Assembly (NCBI GenBank): GCA_964531375.1
Contig: CAZHDO010000001.1
Span: 96,879 to 160,878 of the forward strand
DNA: 64,000 nucleotides
Origin: an uncultured Candidatus Saccharibacteria bacterium
Lineage (GTDB): Bacteria; Patescibacteriota; Minisyncoccia; Phycocordibacterales; UBA12445
Direction: 5' to 3'
The notes beneath the pieces were generated by a model that ran no database searches, was not told the DNA's origin, and saw only the letters and a list, made by a program, of their open reading frames with translations. This document shows positions 30,105 to 40,063 of the stretch, piece by piece. How positions within the stretch are numbered: position 1 is the first letter of the stretch; every line of letters begins with the position of its first letter. A program made the position numbers and the translations under genes.

Positions 30105-30827
30105 ATGAAAAAAGAACAATTATTGAGGCTTGAAAATGTAAGTGTAAACTTTGGTGGTGTGCGAGCGCTCAAAGACGTGTCTTTGTCTTTCGCTGAGGGG
30201 GAAATAATAGCCGTGATGGGGCCAAATGGCGCCGGTAAGTCTACTGTACTGAAAGCGATTTTTGGTTTAGTAGAAACAGCTGCCGGAAAAATATTGTGGA
30301 ATGAGCAGGAAATAAAGCCTATTCCACACGAAGTTGTAAAATTAGGGATATCTTTTGTGCCGCAAGGCAGAAGGGTGTTTAAATATTTGACAGTAAAAGA
30401 AAATTTGGAGATTGGTGGAGTGACGATAAAAAACAGAAATATCTTGAAGGAGAGAATTGAAGAAGTGCTTGTTTTGTTTCCAGTTTTAAGAGAAAAATTA
30501 AACAATAAGACAGGAACTTTATCTGGTGGTCAGCAGCAGATGGTGGCTATTGCTAGGGGGCTGGTTACTGCACCAAGGGTGTTGTTGCTAGACGAGCCGT
30601 CTTTGGGTTTATCACCTAAGATTGTGAAGGAGATGTTTGAAAAGATTAGAGAGATAAACGAAAAAAGAAAAATGACGATTATAATTGTTGAACATAATAT
30701 AAAATCTATTTTATCTATCACAAACAAAGCCTATATTTTAGATAAAGGGTTATTGGTCCACACTGGTGTGGGGGCAGAGATATTGAAGGATAATATTTTA
30801 GAGAAGGTGTTTTTGGCAAAAGTTTAA
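30105..30827 (+). CDS. livF: ABC transporter ATP-binding protein (LivF-like)
   Basis: Walker A GPNGAGKST, signature LSGGQQQMVAIAR, Walker B LLDEP. Confidence 0.85.
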   Translation: MKKEQLLRLENVSVNFGGVRALKDVSLSFAEGEIIAVMGPNGAGKSTVLKAIFGLVETAAGKILWNEQEIKPIPHEVVKLGISFVPQGRRVFKYLTVKENLEIGGVTIKNRNILKERIEEVLVLFPVLREKLNNKTGTLSGGQQQMVAIARGLVTAPRVLLLDEPSLGLSPKIVKEMFEKIREINEKRKMTIIIVEHNIKSILSITNKAYILDKGLLVHTGVGAEILKDNILEKVFLAKV

Positions 30828-30881
30828 GTTAAGATAAATATATCTTGGATCATTCTTAATTGCGTACTTTGATTTAATCTA

Positions 30882-30915
30882 AAAATCAAAACCCCAGTTG
30901 TGCTGGGGTTTTGAT
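30882..30915. terminator. bidirectional terminator hairpin
   Basis: AAAATCAAAACCCCAGTTGTGCTGGGGTTTTGATT. Confidence 0.7.
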
Positions 30916-30918
30916 TAA

Positions 30919-31371
30919 TTATACTGATTTTATTTTTAAGCTCTTCGATTTTTCTTTTAGTATTTTTGGAAGTTTTATTGTTAAGAGCCCGTGTTTTTCT
31001 ATTGCTTCGGCGTTATCAACATCTACTTCTTGTGGGAGGGTAATCGTTCTTGTGAAAGAACCCCAATAAAGTTCTTGGGTGAAAAAGTCACTGTCACCAA
31101 CTTCATTTGTCATACTTCTGTTTCCCCTGATTGTGATCATTTCTCTTCCAATTGATACCTGAAGGTCTTCTGGTTTAACACCGGCCACCATTGTTCTTAC
31201 TATTATCTCTGTGGGTGTTTGATACATATCTAGCGCAAGTTCTGCGTCTTCTGGAGTATTATCTGTTGTAATGGAATATTCTTCGTCGATATTTTCAATC
31301 GGTTTTATTTTTGATTCCTTGCTCCCTGTTAAGCGTTCAAAAAAAGATGTTTTTTCTTTATTATTTTTCAT
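30919..31371 (-). CDS. Hsp20/alpha-crystallin family small heat shock protein
   Basis: Alpha-crystallin domain pattern: LDMYQT...VRTMVAGVKPEDLQVS...GSFTRTITLPQEVD...GLLTIKLPK. Confidence 0.8.
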   Translation of the reverse strand: MKNNKEKTSFFERLTGSKESKIKPIENIDEEYSITTDNTPEDAELALDMYQTPTEIIVRTMVAGVKPEDLQVSIGREMITIRGNRSMTNEVGDSDFFTQELYWGSFTRTITLPQEVDVDNAEAIEKHGLLTIKLPKILKEKSKSLKIKSV

Positions 31372-31378
31372 AAATAAT

Positions 31379-32062
31379 TTATTTTTTTATATTTTTAATT
31401 TTTTCACAAACCAAGAGAAGTCCGACTGTGAACAACCATAATATTGCAAAAACAATCAGTATATTTTCTCCCTTGTTTCTTATTATAAAAAGATTAAACA
31501 TACTATGCAATGTGGTGGCTGTGAGTAACCCGAGAATAAGGTTAATTGTCTTGATTTTTTTGTTTTTATAAAAAGAGAAAGCTAAAAATACCCCAACAAT
31601 TGCCGATGCAAAAAGATGTAGGTTGGTTGCGCCAATAAAACGCATATTTGCAGTAATAATGGAAAGTAATGAAAACTCTGGTTTAACAAGAAAGAAGAAA
31701 TTTTCTGCAGCAGAAAAGCCGAGTGCCGCTGTTATTAGATATATTACAGCGTCCATTGGTTCGTCGTATTCTTTCGATCTTAATGCCACAATGTATGCAG
31801 AAAGATATTTTGCGATCTCTTCTGTGAGCGGCCACAGTATTAGTAGAGAATAATCATAACTGATTACTTTTGAGATTAATTGCTGAACAATGAACGTTGG
31901 AAAAATAGCGAACATTCCCGCAATAAAAGTCGCGACTATAGTGTTTCTCGGTTCTGGGTTTACACTATCTTCTCTCATCCAAAACCAAAGCCAAAATAGC
32001 GGTGGAATAATACCAGTTACGAGTGATAAAAAAACTGTGGATACTGTTATGCTTGTGGCCAT
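31379..32062 (-). CDS. intramembrane metalloprotease, PrsW/CPBP-like
   Basis: Multi-TM protein with an EEIAK (EExxK) motif and an FxxxH-like HSMFNLF. Family call is tentative. Confidence 0.5.
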   Translation of the reverse strand: MATSITVSTVFLSLVTGIIPPLFWLWFWMREDSVNPEPRNTIVATFIAGMFAIFPTFIVQQLISKVISYDYSLLILWPLTEEIAKYLSAYIVALRSKEYDEPMDAVIYLITAALGFSAAENFFFLVKPEFSLLSIITANMRFIGATNLHLFASAIVGVFLAFSFYKNKKIKTINLILGLLTATTLHSMFNLFIIRNKGENILIVFAILWLFTVGLLLVCEKIKNIKK

Positions 32063-34257
32063 GATTCTACCATTATAAGGGTAGAATCATTTTTACCAAA
32101 ATGTTTATTCACAATTTCCCAAATTTCTTCCGTGATGTATGGCATAAAAGGGTGCAGGAGCTTTAGATTTGTTTCAAGAATTTTCTTAAGCATCCATTTT
32201 GTGGCTATTCTTTCATCTATTTTGATATTTTCCCCATTAAGTTTTAGTTTTGAATCCTCAATTATTTTATCAGCAAAAGTGTGCCAGAAATAATGATAGA
32301 TTTCTTCCGCTGCAATATGAAATTTATTATTCTCTAGATTTTGTGTTGAGTTTTTAACAAGAGTATCAAGCTCCGCAAAAATTTCTTTATACTCCTGTGT
32401 GTATTCTTTTGGTTCTTCCTCTATGTTTTCTGTGTTTGATAATACGAACCGAGCAATGTTCCAAATTTTATTTGAAAAATGTTTGTACCCCTTTATTTTA
32501 TCTTCATAAATTCTAGTGTCTGTTCCCGGGCTTGATCCAATGATCAGTGACATTCTTGCGGCGTCGGCTCCATATTTATTTGAAATATCTATTGGGTCAA
32601 TTCCATTACCCAGAGATTTACTCATTTTTCTTCCTTGTTGGTCTCTTACTGTTCCATGAAAGTAAACAGTCTTAAACGGTATTTCTCCAATCAAATATCC
32701 GGTCATTAGTATCATTCTTGCAACCCAGAAGAAAATAATTTCATATCCAGTTTCAAGCATATTCGTGGGATGATATATCTTGAGGTCTTCTGTTTGTTCT
32801 GGCCAACCAAGTGTGCTAAAAGTCCAAAGTCCAGATGAAAACCAGGTATCAAGAGTGTCTGAATCTTGAACCCAGCCACCTTCTTTTGGGGCCTCCATTC
32901 CTGAATAAATTTCGTCGCCTTTATACCAAACAGGAATTCTGTGCCCAAACCAAATTTGTCTACTTATGCACCAGTCGCGAAGATTTTCTATCCAGTGAAA
33001 ATATGTTTTATTAAGGTGGTCGGGGATTATGTTTATTTGCCCATTCTCAACAGCCTTTTTCATTATCTCTTTAATAGTGGTTTCTTCGCCGGAATTAATT
33101 CCCTTGATATTTGAATAGGGAAGTTTGAATTTTTTATTTACATTTACGAACCATTGAAGTTTTGGTAATGGTTCAATTATTCCTCCTGTTCTTTCTGCTG
33201 TTGATATATTTTGGTTTACCTCTTCCTCCTTTTCTAATAGTCCTTCTTTTTTGAGCCATTCAACAATTATTTCTCGAGCTTCTGTTGTTTTTTTACCCCT
33301 AAGTTCAGGTGTATCAACTGTTATTTTTGCATACTCATTTATTACTTGTGGGCGAAGTAGATTGTGTCTTTCTGCAATGTCCCAGTCGGTCATGCTGTGT
33401 GCGGGTGTTACGCCAAGCGCGCCTGTTCCAAATTCCTTATCTACAGATTCATCCGCGATTATTTTTATGTGAATTGGAACACCGGCAAAATTCATATCGT
33501 ATTCTTTACCTACGAATTTTTTATATCTTTCGTCTTCTGGATGCACAGCGACTGCAGTATCACCAATTTTAGTTTCAGGTCTTGTTGTGGATATTGAGAT
33601 AGGGAAGTCTTTGGAATACTTGAACGTATACATTTTTGCCTTTCTCTCTTCATAAACAATTTCGTCGTCCGAAACAGTTGTCTGGCCTTTTGGATCCCAG
33701 TTTACAATTCTGTGTCCTCGATAAATGAGTCCGTCATCGTACATTTTCTTAAAAGCGGTCCTTACTGCAAAATTTCTTTTTTCGTCGAGTGTATATGCTT
33801 CACGACTCCAATCTAGTGAGGCACCCAATGTTTTTATTTGACTTACAATCGTGTCGTGACTGTCTTGGGCGAATTTATTTACGCGCTTTAAAAATTCATC
33901 ACGTCCTAGGTCGTGTCTGTTTTTGCCTTCGGCTTTATAGATATCTTTTTCAACTCTCGATTGGGTGGCAATAGCGGCGTGATCGGTTCCTGGAATCCAT
34001 AAGGTTCTTTTGCCCCTCATTCTGTTAAATCGGACCATTATATCTTCGATGGTAACCATCATTGCGTGGCCCATATGAAGAATACCCGTAACATTTGGTG
34101 GCGGAAGGACCATAGAAAAAACAGGCGCATCTTTTTTTGTTACGCCTTTTTTAATACAAACGTCGGGATTAAAAAACCCACTTTCTTCCCAGATTTTATA
34201 AATTTTAGCCTCAACCTCTTTTGGCTCATATGGCTTTAAAAGTTTTTCATTCATCAT
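32047..34257 (-). CDS. valS: valine--tRNA ligase
   Basis: LPPPNVTGILHMGHA (HIGH region, ValRS-type PPPNVTG) and KMSKSLGN. Shorter than the canonical ValRS. Overlaps the upstream gene by 16 nt. Confidence 0.85.
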   Translation of the reverse strand: MMNEKLLKPYEPKEVEAKIYKIWEESGFFNPDVCIKKGVTKKDAPVFSMVLPPPNVTGILHMGHAMMVTIEDIMVRFNRMRGKRTLWIPGTDHAAIATQSRVEKDIYKAEGKNRHDLGRDEFLKRVNKFAQDSHDTIVSQIKTLGASLDWSREAYTLDEKRNFAVRTAFKKMYDDGLIYRGHRIVNWDPKGQTTVSDDEIVYEERKAKMYTFKYSKDFPISISTTRPETKIGDTAVAVHPEDERYKKFVGKEYDMNFAGVPIHIKIIADESVDKEFGTGALGVTPAHSMTDWDIAERHNLLRPQVINEYAKITVDTPELRGKKTTEAREIIVEWLKKEGLLEKEEEVNQNISTAERTGGIIEPLPKLQWFVNVNKKFKLPYSNIKGINSGEETTIKEIMKKAVENGQINIIPDHLNKTYFHWIENLRDWCISRQIWFGHRIPVWYKGDEIYSGMEAPKEGGWVQDSDTLDTWFSSGLWTFSTLGWPEQTEDLKIYHPTNMLETGYEIIFFWVARMILMTGYLIGEIPFKTVYFHGTVRDQQGRKMSKSLGNGIDPIDISNKYGADAARMSLIIGSSPGTDTRIYEDKIKGYKHFSNKIWNIARFVLSNTENIEEEPKEYTQEYKEIFAELDTLVKNSTQNLENNKFHIAAEEIYHYFWHTFADKIIEDSKLKLNGENIKIDERIATKWMLKKILETNLKLLHPFMPYITEEIWEIVNKHFGKNDSTLIMVESWPQA

Positions 34258-34315
34258 GCTGTAAATGTTATCAAATTTAATCTCTTTTTTCTAATTTTAT
34301 TTAATTAAAATAAAA

Positions 34316-35485
34316 TTATTTTAAAACAAGATTGCCATTAGCTTTAATTTTGGATATTTTTTTCCAATCAAATTTTGGTTTATTTTTAACGCTTCTTAAA
34401 TATCCAGCAATTCCTATCATAACAGCGTTATCAACAGAAAGGTTTTTTTCTGGAATAAGCAAACTCACATCGATAAAGTCTTTTTTAACTATTCCAATAA
34501 GAGAATTTCTAAGTTTTGTGTTTGCAGAAACTCCACCGCCTACAATTAGTGTTTTAGCCTTATGTTTTATTAAAGCCTTTTTTGTTTTAGTGCCAAGGGT
34601 TTCTATAACAGAATTTTCAAATTCATGTGATATTTCTTTTTTGATATCATCAGTAAGCGTGCCAAGCTCTTTGACCTTATAAAGCACAGAAGTTTTTAAT
34701 CCCGAGAATGAGAAATCAAAATCTTTTGAACGTATCATCGGGCGAGGGAAGACTATTCCTGTCTTTTTGGTTTGATCGAATTCTTCTGCGAGCTTGGATA
34801 TTTTTGGTCCGCCAGGGTAGGCGAGGCCGATCATTCTGGCGACCTTGTCGAAAGCTTCACCTGCAGCATCATCGCGAGTGGCTCCAAGTATTTTGTATTT
34901 AAACCAATCTTTAATTAAGACGAGTTCTGTGTGTCCGCCACTTACCAATAATCCAACTGCAGGAAAAATTATTTTTCTAGAATTATTTTTTTCGTCCACA
35001 AGAGAGGAGAGTAAGTGTCCTTCCATGTGGTTTATAGAAATCACAGGTATTTTCCAAATAAAAGACAATGCCTTTGCGAGATTTATTCCAGTCCAAAGAG
35101 CTGGTTCCAGTCCTGGGCCGAATGTAACTGCGATTGCATCTATCTTTGGTTTAATGATTTTTGGTATAAGTAATTTAAGCGCTTTAAATAGTTCGGGCTC
35201 CCTTTTTAACATCTCTTCAATTTCAGCAGGGAAGTCCATTTCCTTTTTTGAGGAGTTGAGAAGGTGCGCGTTTATTAAAGAAGTTTCAAGTAAAGGGACT
35301 AAGTTTATCGAATGTTCTCTTTTTGCGAGAAAGGGCACAACACCACTCCACTTTGCATGTAACTCTATCTGTGAATGGGTTAAATTAGACAATACCTTAA
35401 AAACAGGCCTTTTAAGCCCTCCATTAGCCTCTATTATCGCGATGGCAGTATCATCACAACTTGTCTCGATAGCTAGTATGCGCAT
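34316..35485 (-). CDS. tsaD: tRNA N6-adenosine threonylcarbamoyltransferase
   Basis: MRILAIETSCDDTAIAI N-terminus and the metal-binding histidine pair HMEGHL. Confidence 0.85.
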   Translation of the reverse strand: MRILAIETSCDDTAIAIIEANGGLKRPVFKVLSNLTHSQIELHAKWSGVVPFLAKREHSINLVPLLETSLINAHLLNSSKKEMDFPAEIEEMLKREPELFKALKLLIPKIIKPKIDAIAVTFGPGLEPALWTGINLAKALSFIWKIPVISINHMEGHLLSSLVDEKNNSRKIIFPAVGLLVSGGHTELVLIKDWFKYKILGATRDDAAGEAFDKVARMIGLAYPGGPKISKLAEEFDQTKKTGIVFPRPMIRSKDFDFSFSGLKTSVLYKVKELGTLTDDIKKEISHEFENSVIETLGTKTKKALIKHKAKTLIVGGGVSANTKLRNSLIGIVKKDFIDVSLLIPEKNLSVDNAVMIGIAGYLRSVKNKPKFDWKKISKIKANGNLVLK

Positions 35486-35718
35486 AATTTTAGTGAGCCT
35501 AATCTAGCAAATTTAAGCCTTAAATGGAAGCCTCGACGGTATATCATGCGCTTGGTATTGACAAATTACCCAGTATATGTATAATTTAAAAAAGTAATAA
35601 TGTTATTTGAAAATTCTCAGCCATAGCTAGAAGATATTGAATTATTGATATTTTCTAGCTATGGCTGAATAAAAATATCAGCCCGCTGGCTAAAAAATCA
35701 AAAGGAGAAAACTGTTAT

Positions 35719-36297
35719 ATGGAAAAACAGAAAACCTTCGACTCACAAACGGCAAAATTTCTTTCTCGAGTGGCGGAAAATATGCGACAAATGACCGCGG
35801 ATGTAATGCGGTGGTGGATCCAGCACCCGAAAGAACTACAAGGGGCTCTTTCTGGTCTTGCGTATCCAAAGCGGTACGTTTATCGTTTTACGGTTGATTA
35901 CGATCTTTCTCTTGAGTCAATGATTAATCTGGGCTCTTATGACTGGGTAGAAGGTTTGATTACCGCAGGGGTGTTCGAGGTTTTTGGAAAGGGCAAGGAG
36001 AGTTTGTTGGCCGAGCTTGTTAAATTTGAGGATAACATTTCCTTTTGTAACCTGGATAGGTTTATGGATGAGATGGGATTTAGGCACGCGACGTTGGCAG
36101 AAATTTTGGCGTTTGGTGCAAAATACCCCAAGGCCCAAAGGCAATTTTCAGTTGCCGCACTTGGCTCTCGCCGAAATATTCATGACGGCTTTGAAATGCC
36201 CTGTTTGTCTCAAAGGGATTCGGAACGAACCCTGGATTTGTTTTATTGTGTTGATGATTGGTTGGCTAGTTCCACGTTTCTTGCTATCCGTAAATAA
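35719..36297 (+). CDS. hypothetical protein, compositionally atypical (GC-richer)
   Basis: 192-aa ORF. Local GC is clearly higher than the flanks and the protein is rich in W, R and A. Confidence 0.5.
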   Translation: MEKQKTFDSQTAKFLSRVAENMRQMTADVMRWWIQHPKELQGALSGLAYPKRYVYRFTVDYDLSLESMINLGSYDWVEGLITAGVFEVFGKGKESLLAELVKFEDNISFCNLDRFMDEMGFRHATLAEILAFGAKYPKAQRQFSVAALGSRRNIHDGFEMPCLSQRDSERTLDLFYCVDDWLASSTFLAIRK

Positions 36298-36335
36298 GAT
36301 TTTTTGTCTTTTTTTGTTTTAGTATAAGGCTCTCG

Positions 36336-36371
36336 AATCATCCCTGTGATTTCTATCACGGGGATTTTTTT
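36336..36371 (+). terminator. terminator hairpin
   Basis: AATCATCCCTGTGATTTCTATCACGGGGATTTTTTT. Confidence 0.7.
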
Positions 36372-36544
36372 ATTTTTCCTAATTTATGATTTTTAAAACG
36401 AAATATTTTCTAAATATAATAGGACGACTTATTCTCATGGTATAAATAAATTCATATTTGGCGAGATGTTGATAGTTAAGGGAGTCGTTGCGGGTTGAAA
36501 AAATGAATAAAAGATGATTTAATAGAATAACTTTTAAAAGTTTA

Positions 36545-36618
36545 GGGCGTTTAGCTCAGCTGGTTAGAGCGTTACATTGACATTGTAAAGGTCACAGGTT
36601 CGAGTCCTGTATCGCCCA
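36545..36618 (+). tRNA. tRNA-Val (anticodon GAC); CCA not encoded
   Basis: Anticodon arm TTACA-TTGACAT-TGTAA, T-arm ACAGG-TTCGAGT-CCTGT, acceptor GGGCGTT/ATCGCCC with one T-T mismatch. Confidence 0.8.
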
Positions 36619-36621
36619 CAT

Positions 36622-36650
36622 AAAAACTGTCCCTAAAAGGGCAGTTTTTG
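36622..36650 (+). terminator. hairpin 3' of tRNA-Val
   Basis: AAAAACTGTCCCTAAAAGGGCAGTTTTT. Confidence 0.65.
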
Positions 36651-36651
36651 T

Positions 36652-36780
36652 TTGGGCGATAGGAAGCAAACTGCTTTGCTTCCGACAGGACTCGAAAAGG
36701 TTCTCCGTTATGTTTAAGAAATTTTTATTTCTAAAACATCGGAAACCTATACAGTCCTCGTAGAGGAAGAGTCCTGTATC
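36652..36780 (+). repeat. tRNA-3'-linked module, B-type, downstream of tRNA-Val
   Basis: TGGGCGAT (rc of the acceptor), then AGGAAGCAAACTGCTTTGCTTCCG, then ACAGGACTCGAA (rc of the T-arm), then AAGG...ACAGTCCTCGTAGAGGAAGAGTCCTGTATC. The terminal copy matches the tRNA 3' end AGTCCTGTATC. Confidence 0.8.
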
Positions 36781-36842
36781 TTTTAATTGTGGTGTTTTTA
36801 ATCTAAAAACCCCGCCTACGCGGATATCTCGAGATTGTTGTA

Positions 36843-37430
36843 TTAATCTAAATTTTTCCTCAAGTCCACCTTCTCGCTTTCTTTACCAATCTTTTCTCCT
36901 TCGTAAATAATATAATCAACTGAGTTTTTTATGTCTTCGTCTAAATCTTCTATTTTTCTCATATAAGATTGTCCGCTTATATTCGCGGAGGTTGTTATGA
37001 ATGGTATGCCAGATTTTTCAATTATTTCAGTAAACCAGTGTTGGGGGATTCGTACACCGATTGAATCATCAAGCGGGTTTACTTCGTCGCTTATACAGTC
37101 TGTATTTTTTAAATCTAAAAATAAAGTATATCTTCCGGGAAGTTTTTCCAGCCATTTTTCTGTTTCTTTATCGGTCTCACAGTTTTCTTTTATCCAGTCG
37201 ATATTCGGAGCAATCACAGAAAAAGGTTTTGTTTCTCTTTGTTTTATTGTTCTAATTTTCATTACAAAGTCGTCTTTTGTTGCATTTGTACCTATTCCGT
37301 AAATAGTGTCTGTCGGATAAATAAAAACTAAACCGTCCTGAATGGCCTTAATTATCTCTTTTTGGTTGTTTTCGACGTATTCTTTGTCGATAAGTTTCAT
37401 AAAATAAAAATAACATTTAAATTTACCCAT
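36843..37430 (-). CDS. tsaC: L-threonylcarbamoyladenylate synthase (TsaC/YrdC/Sua5 family)
   Basis: VFIYPTDTIYGIGTNA (YrdC motif) and C-terminal ITTSANISG. The start may be the internal Met (MKLIDKEY, about 37400). Confidence 0.8.
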   Translation of the reverse strand: MGKFKCYFYFMKLIDKEYVENNQKEIIKAIQDGLVFIYPTDTIYGIGTNATKDDFVMKIRTIKQRETKPFSVIAPNIDWIKENCETDKETEKWLEKLPGRYTLFLDLKNTDCISDEVNPLDDSIGVRIPQHWFTEIIEKSGIPFITTSANISGQSYMRKIEDLDEDIKNSVDYIIYEGEKIGKESEKVDLRKNLD

Positions 37431-37474
37431 GGCAATACTAGTAAGCGCCTGTATGGTTGTGGTAAAATAGAAAA

Positions 37475-37855
37475 ATGAAAGTACTAATTATTGAAGATGA
37501 TCCTTTGTTGTCGGAGATGGTTGCACTAAGACTACAAAAGGACGGTTATGAGGTCAGTAGTTCTTTTAATGGAAAAGAAGGGTTGGTAAAAGCAAAAGAA
37601 GTTATTCCTCATATAATTTTGCTTGATTTAAATATGCCAATTATGAACGGTTTTGAGGTTTTAGAGAAATTAAAACAAGACTCTGAAATGAAAGAAATTC
37701 CTGTTATTATTTTTTCTAGTCTCGGAGATAGGGAGGAGAATGTTCAGAAGTGTAAAGCTCTTGGTGCCGATGATTTTATAATTAAATCTCAGTTGTCACT
37801 TCATGATATTTCTGGAAGAATAACCGAAGTTGCAAAAAGAAGGGGGGTTCTCTAG
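37475..37855 (+). CDS. response regulator receiver domain protein (CheY-like, stand-alone)
   Basis: EDD acidic pocket, LLDLNMP phospho-acceptor Asp, and the conserved T/S and K positions. Confidence 0.8.
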   Translation: MKVLIIEDDPLLSEMVALRLQKDGYEVSSSFNGKEGLVKAKEVIPHIILLDLNMPIMNGFEVLEKLKQDSEMKEIPVIIFSSLGDREENVQKCKALGADDFIIKSQLSLHDISGRITEVAKRRGVL

Positions 37856-37869
37856 AATTAGCTTTAATT

Positions 37870-37897
37870 AAAAAATCGCCAACAGTGGCGATTTTTT
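37870..37897. terminator. bidirectional terminator hairpin
   Basis: AAAAAATCGCCAACAGTGGCGATTTTTT. Confidence 0.7.
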
Positions 37898-39566
37898 ATT
37901 TTAACCCTATTTTGTTTTTTGTGGTCTTGATTAGATCAATCATTTCTTCTGACCTTAGAGATAGTGAGATAATTACAAAAGCTATTACTGCAAAAAAGGT
38001 TGAAAATGACAGTTGCGCCAATATTCCCAAGAAGGTTTTATTGTTTATAAATGGCTCAATAAAATAAAGACTTAGATAACCGCTTATTCCCGCTACAAGT
38101 CCAGCTGATAAATATTTTAAAAACGAAGTGCTAATTTTTTTTGCATCGATATCAATGTGTCCAAATTTCCACTTTAAAATTAAAAATAAAGCGACGGCAT
38201 TAAATAAAGAGGCAATAGAAAAACCAAACGGCAGGGCAAGTACTCTTAAATCACCTATTCCCTCTAGTTTCAAAAAGGCGACAGTTGTTTGAAAAAAAAT
38301 ACCATTAGAATCAAGGAGTAAAAGAAAGGAAAAGGTTCCGAGTACATTAACAACGATAGAGGATAGGCTTACCAGTAATGGTACAGTTGTGTTTTTTAAT
38401 GCGAAAAAAGCTCTTGATAATAAAGGCGTGAGTCCTTGAAAAATAAAACTACCTGCAAAAATCGCCAACGTGCCAGCGGCTAAACGTGTTTCTTGCCAAT
38501 CTAAATTTTTTGTACCCATTATTAATCGAATTATCTGGGCTCTAAAAATAAAAGTAAGGATTGAGAGTGGGATTAAGAAAAATAGAATTTGTCTGGCGGT
38601 GTATGAAAAATCGCGCTTAAAATCTTCAAAATTCTTTTTGGCGAGAGCACTGCTTAGGCTTGGAAAAACCGACACAACAAATGAGACTGCGAAAATCCCA
38701 ATAGGTAATGATTCTATGCTGTATACAAGATTGAAAATCGCGACACTTCCTACTGTTAACATAGACCCGATAAAAGTCCCGATTATTTGACTAATTTGCG
38801 AGGAATCGATAGCTAAGATTCGTGGAACAATCAATTTTACAATCTCTCTAACGCCATTATTTTTTAGGTCAATGACACTTCGCCATTTAAACCCAAATTT
38901 AACCGCACCGGGAATTTGAATTAAGATGTGCAATATTGCGCCCGCTATAACTGCAATAGCTACTCCATAAATACCAAGCGTCGGGGCAAGGAAAATAATC
39001 CCCAAAATAATTGCTGTGTTGTAGAGTAAGGGGGCCAGTGCTACTAAGAAGAAACTTCTAAACGAGTTTAAGATACTAGAGAAAATAGAACTTATGCTAA
39101 AGAGAAGCGGGGACAGCATTAATATTCTCGTTAAATTAACAGTCAGAAGGTACGTTTCATTTGAAAATCCAGGGCAGAGTAATTTTACAAAATAGGGAGC
39201 GCCAAGAAAGAAGAAAAAAGACAAAAGTCCCATTACTGTGATGGTCAGGTTTAAGATTGAATTTGCGATTTTCCAAGCTTCGTCTTTGTCTTTGTTTAAA
39301 TATTCGCAAAAAACAGGAATAAAGGCGACTGAGAGTGTGGCAGAAATTAATAAGTTGTAGGCAAAATTTGGTATTTGAAAAGCTGCAAAATAGGCATCAA
39401 GCTCACCGCCGACCCCGAAAGCACCAATAAGTAGTCTTTGTCTTATCACCCCAAGTAAACTGCTCGTTAAGGTGGCAATTCCAAGCATTAAAGCTGCCGA
39501 GGCAATGTTCTGGGTTTCGTCATTAAAGAATCGTTTAATAATTTTGTCTTTTATTTCTTTTACCAT
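37896..39566 (-). CDS. murJ: lipid II flippase MurJ
   Basis: 14-TM protein with N-terminal ASAALMLGIATLTSSLLGVIRQRLLIGAFGVG...DAYFAAFQIPN, typical of MurJ/MviN. Confidence 0.8.
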   Translation of the reverse strand: MVKEIKDKIIKRFFNDETQNIASAALMLGIATLTSSLLGVIRQRLLIGAFGVGGELDAYFAAFQIPNFAYNLLISATLSVAFIPVFCEYLNKDKDEAWKIANSILNLTITVMGLLSFFFFLGAPYFVKLLCPGFSNETYLLTVNLTRILMLSPLLFSISSIFSSILNSFRSFFLVALAPLLYNTAIILGIIFLAPTLGIYGVAIAVIAGAILHILIQIPGAVKFGFKWRSVIDLKNNGVREIVKLIVPRILAIDSSQISQIIGTFIGSMLTVGSVAIFNLVYSIESLPIGIFAVSFVVSVFPSLSSALAKKNFEDFKRDFSYTARQILFFLIPLSILTFIFRAQIIRLIMGTKNLDWQETRLAAGTLAIFAGSFIFQGLTPLLSRAFFALKNTTVPLLVSLSSIVVNVLGTFSFLLLLDSNGIFFQTTVAFLKLEGIGDLRVLALPFGFSIASLFNAVALFLILKWKFGHIDIDAKKISTSFLKYLSAGLVAGISGYLSLYFIEPFINNKTFLGILAQLSFSTFFAVIAFVIISLSLRSEEMIDLIKTTKNKIGLK

Positions 39567-39736
39567 TAAAGTACGCGATAAAATTGAAACATTTAATTTT
39601 ATTAGATTATAACAGAACTTGATAAACGAACATAGTTGGTTTTTTAGAAAGAAAAGAATTATGAATTTAAATAAAAAAACCCTCCCGAGATGGGGAGGAG
39701 TGTTTCGTGTGCGGAGCCGTAATATTTAAGAAAGTT

Positions 39737-39991
39737 TTAACCCTCCAGTATATCTTGTAAGATTAGTTTCTGGTTTGAACGATGGGATATGCCGATGGAT
39801 TTACAGGAAGATTTGCAGGGGTTTTTCCATGTATCTGGTCCTTCGTCTCGTGCGTTTTTCGCAGCGATTTCGCGGGCTTGTTTGGCATTTCTTGCGGATA
39901 CTATAACCCCGGAAACAGAGTCCCATTCCACCTTCATTTTATTGGTTAAAATCCAAATAAAGTTTTCCATCACTTTCTCCTTAGTTGTCAA
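39737..39991 (-). CDS. hypothetical protein
   Basis: ORF only. Confidence 0.35.
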   Translation of the reverse strand: MTTKEKVMENFIWILTNKMKVEWDSVSGVIVSARNAKQAREIAAKNARDEGPDTWKNPCKSSCKSIGISHRSNQKLILQDILEG

Positions 39992-40063
39992 AGAATTTGT
40001 GGGTTAAAAGAACACTATTATTTCAGCAGACTAGCATATCCTATTATTTTTGTTAAATTTTAC

